Source: an uncultured Candidatus Saccharibacteria bacterium (GTDB taxonomy: Bacteria > Patescibacteriota > Saccharimonadia > Saccharimonadales > Saccharimonadaceae). From it: a stretch of 64,000 bases of DNA. The position numbers and the translations under genes are program-made. Positions 18,263 to 26,511 of this stretch are shown here, piece after piece (position 1 is the first letter of the stretch; each line of letters opens with the position of its first letter). The notes beneath the pieces are model-generated. The model saw nothing but the letters and a program-made list of their open reading frames with translations. It had not been told where the DNA came from and ran no database searches. The DNA is taken from assembly GCA_964429055.1 (NCBI GenBank), contig CAYSAK010000003.1:5962-69961 (forward strand), written 5' to 3'.

Positions 18263-19576
18263 TTAGAAAAACCTCGTGATATCTAGGATTGTGACGATAA
18301 ACATGATGACTAAAAGTACCACAAATGCACGGGCGACAATACGCTCCTCAGCTTCTTTAGTCAGTTTTTTACGACGTAATTTAAAAATGGCAATAAGGAG
18401 CCAACGTCCACCATCAAGTGCTGGAATCGGCAGAATATTCATACAGGCTAGAGATACTGAAATGAGCGCGGCGAGGAAGGCTAAATTGGCTGGTCCGGCT
18501 GAAGTAAAGGCTGGGAATAAAACTCCAATGATTCCGACTGGACCCGATACCGAATCACCGACTTCCGAAATGGCTTCTTGCCCTTCTTGTCGTACGTTGG
18601 CGTCAAAACTAAATAATGAGCCGACACCACGGACTAAATTCCACAACATGGTGCCAAGACCTTTAAAGGTCTCGCCAGTTAATTGCGCGGTTAAGCCAAT
18701 ACCAACAATTGGTGCGGACCAAGTTGAATAGGATAGTTGCTCGTTACTTTTCAAAGTTACGCCGAGCAAATAATCAGCATCCTCAGGATTTAAGGTGACT
18801 GCAATGTCAGTAGAAACTGTGGTTTTGTCTTCTTCTAGACAAGGACAAGGCTCCATATAACAATCCGGTTGGTTAAGACAAACTGTGGCTATTCGCCGGA
18901 TGGTATAGACGACCGTTTCGCCAGCGTGCGCGCTGTTGTATTCGGTGATGTCGTTAGCAAAAGTCATTGGATTGCCATCTACGGCGAGAATTTTATCATC
19001 GACTTTGAGCCCGGCTTTGCTGGCAGGAGAGTTCTCGGCTACGGAAGTAATTTCGACCGGCGAAGAGGCGGTTTGAGTGTCGGATGCGACGGTAAATTGA
19101 TTGTCTAGGAAAAGTGGCATACCAACCCACGCCAAAATAGTGAAAATTACAAATGCCGTAATCCAGTTCATTAATACGCCACCAAATAAAATTTTGGTTT
19201 TCTTCCAAAAACTGGCAGCGCCAAAAGTTCCTTTTCTAGTATCGGCTGCTGATTCCCCGTCCATTTGGCAAAAGCCACCAATTGGTAGCCAGTTGATGCT
19301 GAAAATCATGCCTTTTTGAGCTAGGCTTTTGTCACTACTGTTTGAATAAACTACTTTAGAGAGCTTCTCTTTTTTCCATTTTGACTTTGGATAACGTTGC
19401 CACTTGCCGGTTTCTGGGTTTTTAATCCAAGCAATTGCACGAGGTGGAAAACCGATGCCAAATTCGAGCACATTGACACCATTTCTTCGCGCTATGATAA
19501 AATGCCCGAATTCGTGCAAAATTACTAGCAGCGTTAACACTAAAAGACCGACAATTATTCCTACAAATATATCCAT
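18263..19576 (-). CDS. rseP: RIP site-2 metalloprotease RseP (M50 family)
   Basis: 437 aa. HEFGHFIIAR zinc motif, a PDZ-like insert, and a NILPIPALDGG motif. Confidence 0.92.
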   Translation of the reverse strand: MDIFVGIIVGLLVLTLLVILHEFGHFIIARRNGVNVLEFGIGFPPRAIAWIKNPETGKWQRYPKSKWKKEKLSKVVYSNSSDKSLAQKGMIFSINWLPIGGFCQMDGESAADTRKGTFGAASFWKKTKILFGGVLMNWITAFVIFTILAWVGMPLFLDNQFTVASDTQTASSPVEITSVAENSPASKAGLKVDDKILAVDGNPMTFANDITEYNSAHAGETVVYTIRRIATVCLNQPDCYMEPCPCLEEDKTTVSTDIAVTLNPEDADYLLGVTLKSNEQLSYSTWSAPIVGIGLTAQLTGETFKGLGTMLWNLVRGVGSLFSFDANVRQEGQEAISEVGDSVSGPVGIIGVLFPAFTSAGPANLAFLAALISVSLACMNILPIPALDGGRWLLIAIFKLRRKKLTKEAEERIVARAFVVLLVIMFIVTILDITRFF

Positions 19577-19592
19577 AAGCTTAATTATATCA

Positions 19593-20261
19593 TTACTTGC
19601 CGAATCTACGGTTGCGTTTTTCGTAAATTTTCAGGATTTCTTTGATATCCTCACCTTCCATTTCGGGGAAGTATTTCTTGATGAACAAAAACTCGGCATA
19701 GGCGGCGCGCCAAAGCATAAACCCGGAAATACGCTCTTCGCCAGAAGTCCTTACTACCATGTCGATATTCGGCACTTCTGGATGATATAAGTGTTTACGG
19801 ATGGTTTCTGGTGTGATTTCGCCTTCTGTTGCGGCGATAGTGGCAGCGTCGGCGATTTCCTGCTCACCACCGTAGTTAAAACAGAAACAAACGGTAATGC
19901 CGGTACAATTTTCTGTGACTTTTTCAGCCTTTTCAATGGTGCTAGCAAGTTTTGGCGAAATTCTGTTTTTAGAACCTAGAATGATCATGCGTGCATTATG
20001 CTCGGCTAATTCTTCCGCATACTTTAGAATGCGGGTTTCAGCGAGTTTCATGATGTAGCTGACTTCGTCGGTTGAGCGTCCCCAGTTTTCAGTAGAAAAA
20101 ACGTAAAAAGTCAGATACTTAATTCCGGCTTTATCTGCGGCGCCGACTAGTTTTTTAATAGCCTCAAGGCCTTTTTTGTGGCCTTCGATGGTCGGTAGAC
20201 CTTGAGCTTTGGCCCAACGCCTATTGCCATCTGCAATAATCCCAAGGTGTTCTAAACTCAT
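19593..20261 (-). CDS. uppS: Isoprenyl transferase (undecaprenyl-diphosphate synthase)
   Basis: 222 aa. IIADGNRRWA, FS.ENW.R, RTSGEERISGFMLW. Confidence 0.95.
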   Translation of the reverse strand: MSLEHLGIIADGNRRWAKAQGLPTIEGHKKGLEAIKKLVGAADKAGIKYLTFYVFSTENWGRSTDEVSYIMKLAETRILKYAEELAEHNARMIILGSKNRISPKLASTIEKAEKVTENCTGITVCFCFNYGGEQEIADAATIAATEGEITPETIRKHLYHPEVPNIDMVVRTSGEERISGFMLWRAAYAEFLFIKKYFPEMEGEDIKEILKIYEKRNRRFGK

Positions 20262-20803
20262 AATTTCATAATCTCGTCTGATTTAGCTTTGAAGGCGGAT
20301 TCGATTTTATCGGTGAACTCTTTGGTTAAATCGTCAATTTCCTTTTCAGCGCGTTTTTTGACGTCTTCACTTAGTTCTGCGGCAGCTTTCAGACCTTTGC
20401 GGGCGTCTTCGCGGACGTTTCTCAAAGCAACTTTAGCCTGCTCAACTTTGGCGGAGGCATTTTTGACAATTTCTTTGCGGCGTTCTTCAGTGAGAGCCGG
20501 AATTGGCACACGCACTACACGGCCATCATCGGCTGGATTCAACCCAAGTGATTGGTCGGCACGAATGGCCGAAGCGATAGCCTGGATAGTAGAAGGATCA
20601 AATGGTGTAATGACGAGTAAAGTTGCATCGGCGGCGGTTACATTGGCGACTTGGTTTAGTGGCATGAATTGGCCATAGGCTTCAACTTTAATAGAAGCCA
20701 GCATATCTGGGTGCGCACGTCCAGTGCGAACCTTTTTCATTTCATCATTAAAACGCGCTACGACTTCGTCCATCGCTTTGCGTTCTTTGCTGGTGTCAAA
20801 CAT
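20258..20803 (-). CDS. frr: Ribosome recycling factor
   Basis: 181 aa with a full-length Frr pattern (RTGRAHP.ML..IKV..YG....L.Q.A......L.I.P.D; RR...K). 4-nt overlap with uppS. Confidence 0.95.
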   Translation of the reverse strand: MFDTSKERKAMDEVVARFNDEMKKVRTGRAHPDMLASIKVEAYGQFMPLNQVANVTAADATLLVITPFDPSTIQAIASAIRADQSLGLNPADDGRVVRVPIPALTEERRKEIVKNASAKVEQAKVALRNVREDARKGLKAAAELSEDVKKRAEKEIDDLTKEFTDKIESAFKAKSDEIMKL

Positions 20804-20861
20804 AATAACTCCTTTTGTTATAAGATATATTATATCATGTGATGATTATATGAAAAAGTCC

Positions 20862-20890
20862 TTGACTTTTAATGAAAAACACGATATAAT
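20862..20890 (+). promoter_or_regulatory. Sigma70-type promoter of the FISUMP/Ig-repeat surface protein gene
   Basis: TTGACT 20862-20867, 17-nt spacer, TATAAT 20885-20890. Followed by a ~40-nt leader with AAGGAAAA before ATG 20930. Confidence 0.6.
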
Positions 20891-20929
20891 CATAAGCGTA
20901 AAAGTCATACACAAACAAGGAAAACCAAT

Positions 20930-23728
20930 ATGAAAATCAAAGTGCACTATCGGAGTAGGGTCAGCTCTGTGGGCTTAAAACTAAATAAAGTCGGTGTAAG
21001 TTCGCTTGCGCTTTTAATTATCGGGTTAGTTGCAGGAGGCCTGGGGATTAAATATTCTTCGGAATTATCTAAAGAAGAGTCTGTTTTTGCGTTGCATCAT
21101 GAATGTAACCAATATGCTACCACTATAAATGATGCTGTTTGTATGCAGGATATGAATGATTCAGTAGCTGGAACTATGGTGGCTGGACGCCAATACCAAC
21201 TATATGATAAAAGAGACGATAAATTATATTACATTGCCAAATTAGCTGATGGAAATGTGTGGATGACACAAAACCTTGATCTAGATTTGAATAAGAATGT
21301 TAAGTTGACCCCAGCGGATTCTGACGTTGTTGCCGATTGGACTCCGGCAGAATCGACAATCGTGTCTGAATGCATAGACGAAGATGAGAATGGAACGTGT
21401 GAAGACTTGGACTTGGCATTTGATGAAGTTGGCACTAAAAATACCACGCCAGAATCATATGACGTAGGTGATTTATATTGGAACGGGATTGTTGGAGATT
21501 GCGATACATGTACACAATATCAGACTTATATCACGAGTGATTCTAGTAATACTCATTATCATTTAGGTAATTTTTACAACTGGAGTGCTGCTACAGCGAA
21601 CAATGATTCAAGTGCGCTTGTGGCTGGTGGTGAAGTGGAACAATCGATTTGTCCTGCTGGGTGGTCTTTGCCAACCGCTCTTGAGTTACCAGAGACTAAC
21701 AGAAGAGCAAGAGATTATATGACTCTTCTTAGTTATTATGCTACTGAAGACGCTTTTGACGAGTTCCCTTTAGTTGGATTCTCGGTTGAGGAGGACTTTA
21801 ATTCGGCGCCATATAGTAGTCCGCTATATTTTGGGTATTTTCGTGAACCTGGATATTATGGTGGATATTGGTCAAGTTTATATGAACGATCTAATGATGA
21901 AAGAACTCCATATCTTGCAACTGATTTAGAAATATCAGTAGAAGAAGAAGGTTATATCGGCATATCTAGTTTCATTGAGAGAAAGATGATCTTAAACGTT
22001 AGATGTGTCGCAAAATCGCGTGAAGCTGTGCCGGAACCACACGCAGAGCCAGTCGAACAAGTAGTTTCGTTTGGTGCGTCGTCCGTTAGTAAGACTTATG
22101 GTGATGCCAAGTTCACTAACGTTGCTTCCACTACTGGCGATGGGGCGATTACCTATTCGTCTAGCAACGCCTCGGTTGCCACAATAAATAGCACTTCTGG
22201 CGAAGTCACTATTGTTGGTGTTGGTTCGGCTACTATTACTGCTAGTGCTGCTGCCACGGATAATTATTTAGCTAGTTCAGCAACATACACATTGACTGTT
22301 AGTAAAGCAAATAGAACCGTTTCGTTTGGTGCGTCGTCCGTTAGTAAGACTTATGGTGGTGCTAAGTTCACCAACGTTGCAACTAGGACTGGCGATGGCA
22401 CGATAGCCTATTCATCTAGTAACACTTCAGTTGCGTCAATTGATAGTGCCTCTGGTGAAGTAACTATCATTGGCGCTGGTTCAGCCATTATCACTGCAAG
22501 TGTAGCTGCTACTTCAAATTACAATGCCGGCTCAGCAACATACACATTGACTGTGAGTAAAGCAAATAGAACCATATCATTTGGGAGTAGCGCAATAACG
22601 AAGACCTATGGTGATGCTAAGTTTACCAATGTTGCAACTAAGACTGGAGACGGAACAATTACTTATTCATCTAGTAACGCCTCGGTTGCCGAAGTGGCTG
22701 CTAATGGTGAAGTGACTATCAAGGCCGCTGGTTCGGCTACTATTACTGCAAGCGTAGCTGCTACTTCAAACTATAATGCTGGCTCTGCTTTTTATACGCT
22801 TACTGTGAATAAAGCAAATAGAAGAGTTTCATTTGGAGGGAGCGAAGTGGTTAAAGTATACGGTGATGATAAGTTTACTAATGTTGCAACTAAGACTGGC
22901 GATGGTGTAATTGTCTATTCCTCTAGCGATGGGTCAGTCGCTATGGTAGATAGTTCTACTGGTGAGATAACTATTAATAGTGCTGGTTCGGCTACTATTA
23001 CTGCAAGCGTAGCTGCTACTTCAAACTACAATGCTGGTTCAGCAACATACGTATTGACTGTGAATAAGAAAGAATCTGTAAAACCTGAGGAAGTATCTGA
23101 AGTCAAAGAAGGTTACGTTACTGATAAACTATCCACTATTGAACTTGAGACCAAAGGTTTGGTTTGGGATGATGAAAACGAACAAATTGAAGAAGGTAAA
23201 AATAGCTACGTCGTAAACTACACGGAAAACGCGGATAGCGCTAACTATACTACCGAGTCATTCGAAATTGAAGTCGATGGAAAGCACAGAAAATATGAAG
23301 TAGTAGAAGGTGACAAACAAACTTACATTCTAGGTAGTGAAGAATATATGAGTTTCACGTTTGATGCAGATTACACTCTATTTGAAGAAGGTGGTGAAGT
23401 CTACATCAATGAAGATCTACTCGATGAAGAAGATTATGTTTCTGAATCCGGTAGCACCGTGATTAAAGTAGCCGATGAATACCTAAATACTTTAGATGAA
23501 GGTAAATATACTTTGGCAGTGTACTTTAATGATGGTGGTATTGCTACTACTTCCTTCACGCTCGAAGAACCGGAAGTGGCAGTACCAGATACCGGTGCTC
23601 ATACGAAGTCAAACGACAAAACTACTTCCGTTGGAGCCTATATCCTGCCATTCTCAGCGTTTGTCTTATTCTCCGTGTTTAGCGTCATCGCTAGAAAAAA
23701 GCAAAAAGTTTGTTTTGACAGAAAATAG
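20930..23728 (+). CDS. Surface protein: FISUMP-like domain, four Ig-like tandem repeats, and a VPDTG sorting signal
   Basis: 932 aa. N-terminal TM/signal. Fibrobacter-succinogenes-major-paralogous-like motifs (GNVWMTQNLDLD, NFYNWSAA, CPAGWSLPT). Four 84-85-aa repeats (SFG.S...KTYGDAKFTNVA..TGDG.I.YSSSN.SVA...GEVTI...GSATITASVAATSNYNAGSATYTLTV.KANR). C-terminal VPDTG, then a hydrophobic helix, then RKKQK. Confidence 0.8.
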   Translation: MKIKVHYRSRVSSVGLKLNKVGVSSLALLIIGLVAGGLGIKYSSELSKEESVFALHHECNQYATTINDAVCMQDMNDSVAGTMVAGRQYQLYDKRDDKLYYIAKLADGNVWMTQNLDLDLNKNVKLTPADSDVVADWTPAESTIVSECIDEDENGTCEDLDLAFDEVGTKNTTPESYDVGDLYWNGIVGDCDTCTQYQTYITSDSSNTHYHLGNFYNWSAATANNDSSALVAGGEVEQSICPAGWSLPTALELPETNRRARDYMTLLSYYATEDAFDEFPLVGFSVEEDFNSAPYSSPLYFGYFREPGYYGGYWSSLYERSNDERTPYLATDLEISVEEEGYIGISSFIERKMILNVRCVAKSREAVPEPHAEPVEQVVSFGASSVSKTYGDAKFTNVASTTGDGAITYSSSNASVATINSTSGEVTIVGVGSATITASAAATDNYLASSATYTLTVSKANRTVSFGASSVSKTYGGAKFTNVATRTGDGTIAYSSSNTSVASIDSASGEVTIIGAGSAIITASVAATSNYNAGSATYTLTVSKANRTISFGSSAITKTYGDAKFTNVATKTGDGTITYSSSNASVAEVAANGEVTIKAAGSATITASVAATSNYNAGSAFYTLTVNKANRRVSFGGSEVVKVYGDDKFTNVATKTGDGVIVYSSSDGSVAMVDSSTGEITINSAGSATITASVAATSNYNAGSATYVLTVNKKESVKPEEVSEVKEGYVTDKLSTIELETKGLVWDDENEQIEEGKNSYVVNYTENADSANYTTESFEIEVDGKHRKYEVVEGDKQTYILGSEEYMSFTFDADYTLFEEGGEVYINEDLLDEEDYVSESGSTVIKVADEYLNTLDEGKYTLAVYFNDGGIATTSFTLEEPEVAVPDTGAHTKSNDKTTSVGAYILPFSAFVLFSVFSVIARKKQKVCFDRK
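22064..23080 (+). repeat. Four in-frame tandem repeats of 255/255/252/255 nt
   Basis: Units start at 22064, 22319, 22574 and 22826. The first 40 nt of units 1 and 2 are identical (gtttcgtttggtgcgtcgtccgttagtaagacttatggtg). Confidence 0.9.
23582..23596 (+). other. Sortase-type sorting motif VPDTG
   Basis: gta cca gat acc ggt is in frame. It is followed by ~15 polar residues, a hydrophobic helix (VGAYILPFSAFVLFSVFSVIA) and an RKKQK tail. Confidence 0.65.
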
Positions 23729-23733
23729 CATAT

Positions 23734-23847
23734 AACAAAAAAATATCTTCACGGAGGCTGCGTCCGGCCGTACGAAAGCCACGGGCGGCCGGCGCTCGTC
23801 CTCCGATGGACGCGCTCCGGAGGCCTCCTTTGAAGATATTATTTGTT
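23734..23847. repeat. GC-rich palindromic element, intergenic copy (114 nt)
   Basis: Arms AACAAAAAAATATCTTCA / TGAAGATATTATTTGTT. Core GCGTCCGGCCG...GCCACGGGCGGCCGGCGCTCGTCCTC...CGCGCTCCGGAGG. Shares 19 identical nt with the trmD copy and 13 with the uvrC copy. Lies between the convergent 932-aa gene and tsf. Confidence 0.85.
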
Positions 23848-23849
23848 AT

Positions 23850-24440
23850 CTATTCAGTTACGCCAAGTTCGATGCGTTTGAATTGACGAATAGTAATGTT
23901 TTCACCGGTTTTAGCAATGGCTTCTTTAACGAATTGCTCGACAGTTTTAGTATCATCCAAGATGTATGGTTGATTCATTAAAACCTTGTCTGAAAAAGCC
24001 TTCTTGACTTGGCCAGAAAGGATTTGCTCCTTCATATTGGCTGGGCCTTTGAAGTTTTCTTCAAGTTCTTTCATCTTCGCTTCGCGAACTTTTTCTGGGA
24101 TATCCTCTTCAGATACGTAAAGTGGGTTCATGGAAGCAACTTGCATAGCAATTTGGTGAGCTAAAGTCTTGAATTCATCAGTTTTAGCTACGAAAGAAGT
24201 TTCGCAGTTAACTTCGACGATAGCACCAAGACGACCATCGTGGATGTAAGCTTCAACGAGGCCTTCACGAGTTTCGCGGTCGCCACGTTTCTCAGCTTTG
24301 GTGAGACCTTTTTTGCGCATAGCTTCGAGTGCTTTATCAAAGTCACCTTTGGCTTCAACCAAAGCTTGCTTAGCATCAGTTAAACCAGCGCCTGAAAGTT
24401 CTTTTAATTTTTTGATTTGTTCTACGGAAATTTCCGTCAT
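23850..24440 (-). CDS. tsf: Translation elongation factor Ts (short form)
   Basis: 196 aa. N-terminal UBA-like IKKLKELSGAGLTDAKQALVEAKGDFDKALEAMRKKG, then the EF-Ts core. Confidence 0.93.
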   Translation of the reverse strand: MTEISVEQIKKLKELSGAGLTDAKQALVEAKGDFDKALEAMRKKGLTKAEKRGDRETREGLVEAYIHDGRLGAIVEVNCETSFVAKTDEFKTLAHQIAMQVASMNPLYVSEEDIPEKVREAKMKELEENFKGPANMKEQILSGQVKKAFSDKVLMNQPYILDDTKTVEQFVKEAIAKTGENITIRQFKRIELGVTE

Positions 24441-24454
24441 AATAGCCTCCTAAA

Positions 24455-25141
24455 TTATTTTTTACCTTCTTTGATTGCTTCGACAAAGTAACCGAGTGCC
24501 AATTTGACTGCCTTGATTGAATCGTCGTTCATCGGAATGACGTAGTCGATATTGGTTGGGTCAACATTGGTGTCCACGAAGGCGATAACTGGAATATGTA
24601 AGCCGTTAGCCTCTTTAATAGCGTTCTTGTCTTCGAGGGCATCAACTACGATAATAGCAGCTGGTTGTTCGCTCATTTCCTTGATACCGCCATAGCGTTC
24701 GTTTAAGAGATTGATTTCCTCTTGGAATCTTTGAACTTCAAGCTTAGAATAGCGATTTTCGAGTTCGCCAGAAGCCATACGGCGTTCTAGATCTTTTAGT
24801 TTCTTGATTTGGCGGTTGACCGTCTCGACGTTAGTAAGAGTACCACCAACCCAACGTACGGTGACGTATGGCATATCTACAGACTCGGCGGCTTCTTTTA
24901 CTGCTTCTTTCATTTGTTTCTTAGTACCAACAAACATCACCTTCTTGCCGTTTTTAATAAGGTCGGTAACTTTTGGTAAAGCTACTTCGAGACCTTCGAC
25001 GGTCTTTTCTAGGTTGATAATGTGGCCATCCTGGCGTTTGCTATGGATGTATGGCGCCATTTTAGGGTGCCAGCGGCTCGTTTTGTGCCCAAAATGAGCA
25101 CCAGCTTCGAGCAGAGCTTTCATATCGACAGCTACTGTCAT
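24455..25141 (-). CDS. rpsB: 30S ribosomal protein S2
   Basis: 228 aa. LLEAGAHFGH.TSRW.PKM..YI motif and full-length similarity to the S2 pattern. Confidence 0.97.
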   Translation of the reverse strand: MTVAVDMKALLEAGAHFGHKTSRWHPKMAPYIHSKRQDGHIINLEKTVEGLEVALPKVTDLIKNGKKVMFVGTKKQMKEAVKEAAESVDMPYVTVRWVGGTLTNVETVNRQIKKLKDLERRMASGELENRYSKLEVQRFQEEINLLNERYGGIKEMSEQPAAIIVVDALEDKNAIKEANGLHIPVIAFVDTNVDPTNIDYVIPMNDDSIKAVKLALGYFVEAIKEGKK

Positions 25142-25162
25142 ATATGATTTCCTTTCCCTTCA

Positions 25163-25200
25163 CTCTGGGACCCTCGCAATCGCAGGAAATCCTCCCAGAG
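25163..25200 (-). promoter_or_regulatory. Structured 5' leader hairpin upstream of rpsB (possible S2 autoregulatory leader)
   Basis: On the minus strand, CTCTGGGA...(22 nt)...TCCCAGAG forms an 8-bp stem ~20 nt upstream of the rpsB ATG. It is GC-rich relative to its surroundings. Confidence 0.3.
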
Positions 25201-25326
25201 TTGTTTCGTTAATTAATATATATTTCCATTATACCACACATGCTTGTAAAAATCAAGTTCTCTTGGTAGAATGACTTTACGCTCGCCTTTAAATAGGGGG
25301 GTAGTATCTTAAAAGGAGGTGACGTT

Positions 25327-25971
25327 ATGTCACGTGCTGTTCCCGAAGAGATGATGCGTATAAACTGTGGCATCGAAGAATATCAAAACCAGAAAGAACG
25401 CCAAGAAAGGAGACTCTACCTTACGCGTGAGATCTCGTCGCTAGACTATGACGAGGATAACTATTTCGAGTTCAATTCTGCGGTTGGTCAGATAATCTTA
25501 GATATTATTGAGTTCAACCGTGAAGACGTGGGTAAACCCATAAAGGATCGAAAGCCGATTAAGCTTTACATTAACTCTCCCGGTGGCGAAGTGACCGAGG
25601 GATTCCCTCTGATTTCTACTATTGAACTCAGCGAGACTCCGGTTTATACGATCAATATTGGCCAGTGGAGTTCGATGTCCTTTTTAATTGGCATCGCCGG
25701 TCATAAGCGTTTTGCGCTTCCGTATACCACGTTCCTGCTCCACGATGGTTCTACGGTAAACTATGGCACTACAAGTAAGGCCTTAGATAAGGCCAAGTTT
25801 GATGGCCGTTTTGAGCAAGAAGTTATCAAGCCACATGTGTTGAAGCATAGTAATATGACCTCTGCTGAATACGATGGTCTTCTCAGAGTGGAATACTACA
25901 TGTTACCACAAGACGCTAGAGAGCATCACTTTATCGATTACATTGTTGATGACATTAGGGATCTACTATAA
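25327..25971 (+). CDS. Divergent ClpP-family serine protease-like protein
   Basis: 214 aa. LYINSPGGEVTEG, the GQWSSMSF (Ser) and FLLHDG (His) blocks align with ClpP GQAASMG and MIHQP. The third catalytic Asp position is ambiguous (RVEYYM versus RDRFL). Strong SD AAGGAGGTG. Confidence 0.6.
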   Translation: MSRAVPEEMMRINCGIEEYQNQKERQERRLYLTREISSLDYDEDNYFEFNSAVGQIILDIIEFNREDVGKPIKDRKPIKLYINSPGGEVTEGFPLISTIELSETPVYTINIGQWSSMSFLIGIAGHKRFALPYTTFLLHDGSTVNYGTTSKALDKAKFDGRFEQEVIKPHVLKHSNMTSAEYDGLLRVEYYMLPQDAREHHFIDYIVDDIRDLL

Positions 25972-25982
25972 TCACCTCCTGA

Positions 25983-26008
25983 AGCGGGCTAATCTAGCCC
26001 GCTTTTTC
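25983..26008 (+). terminator. Rho-independent terminator of the ClpP-like gene
   Basis: AGCGGGCT-aatct-AGCCCGCT followed by TTTTT. Confidence 0.7.
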
Positions 26009-26048
26009 TTTACTTTTTTTCGATTCTCTGATATAATAGACGCTAATT

Positions 26049-26393
26049 ATGAGTAAAACACAGTTACACCCTAAAGATTATCGTGCTGTCGTCTTCATGG
26101 ACGAGGCTGCGAATTTTTCGTTCCTCACGAAGTCTACCGCGAAGAGCGAAGAGACCATCAAATGGGAAGATGGTAAGGAATATCCATTAGTTAAGGTTCA
26201 GATTTCTTCTAAAAGCCATCCATTCTTCACTGGCGAAGAGAAGATTATCGATACCGAAGGTCGCGTGGATCGCTTCAAGGCTCGTGCTGCAAAAGCCGCC
26301 AAGATGAAGGAAGCTCTCGAAGCTAAGGCTAAAAAAGCTAAAAAAGAAGCTGAGAAAAAAGCCAAGGCCAAAGATTCTGCAATTTCTGCCTAA
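26049..26393 (+). CDS. rpmE: 50S ribosomal protein L31, type B (no zinc ribbon cysteines) with a Lys/Ala-rich tail
   Basis: 114 aa. [12 protein letters not shown]......F...ST......[23 protein letters not shown]......TEGRVDRF. Confidence 0.88.
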   Translation: MSKTQLHPKDYRAVVFMDEAANFSFLTKSTAKSEETIKWEDGKEYPLVKVQISSKSHPFFTGEEKIIDTEGRVDRFKARAAKAAKMKEALEAKAKKAKKEAEKKAKAKDSAISA

Positions 26394-26400
26394 AAGATTT

Positions 26401-26432
26401 AAAAACGAGCTCTTAAAAAAGCTCGTTTTTTT
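26401..26432 (+). terminator. Rho-independent terminator after rpmE (A-tract/T-tract flanked, potentially bidirectional)
   Basis: AAAAACGAGCT-cttaaaaa-AGCTCGTTTTTTT. Confidence 0.75.
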
Positions 26433-26441
26433 AATGCAAAC

Positions 26442-26477
26442 TTTTGGGCGCCCCTCGCAGTTATTGGGCGCCCAAAA
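26442..26477. terminator. GC-rich hairpin between convergent genes
   Basis: TTTTGGGCGCCC-(12 nt)-GGGCGCCCAAAA, downstream of the 309-aa minus-strand gene. Confidence 0.4.
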
Positions 26478-26511
26478 TCGTAGAGTATGTAATTTTTAAG
26501 AGTAAATGCTA

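Noticed and set aside
23734-23847. Interpreting the GC-rich palindromic elements as CRISPR repeats, tRNA-like genes, inteins or group I/II introns
   Set aside because: Only four dispersed copies exist, with no repeat-spacer structure and no cloverleaf. At 114-117 nt they are far too short for inteins or self-splicing introns, and no homing-endonuclease or RT ORF is present.
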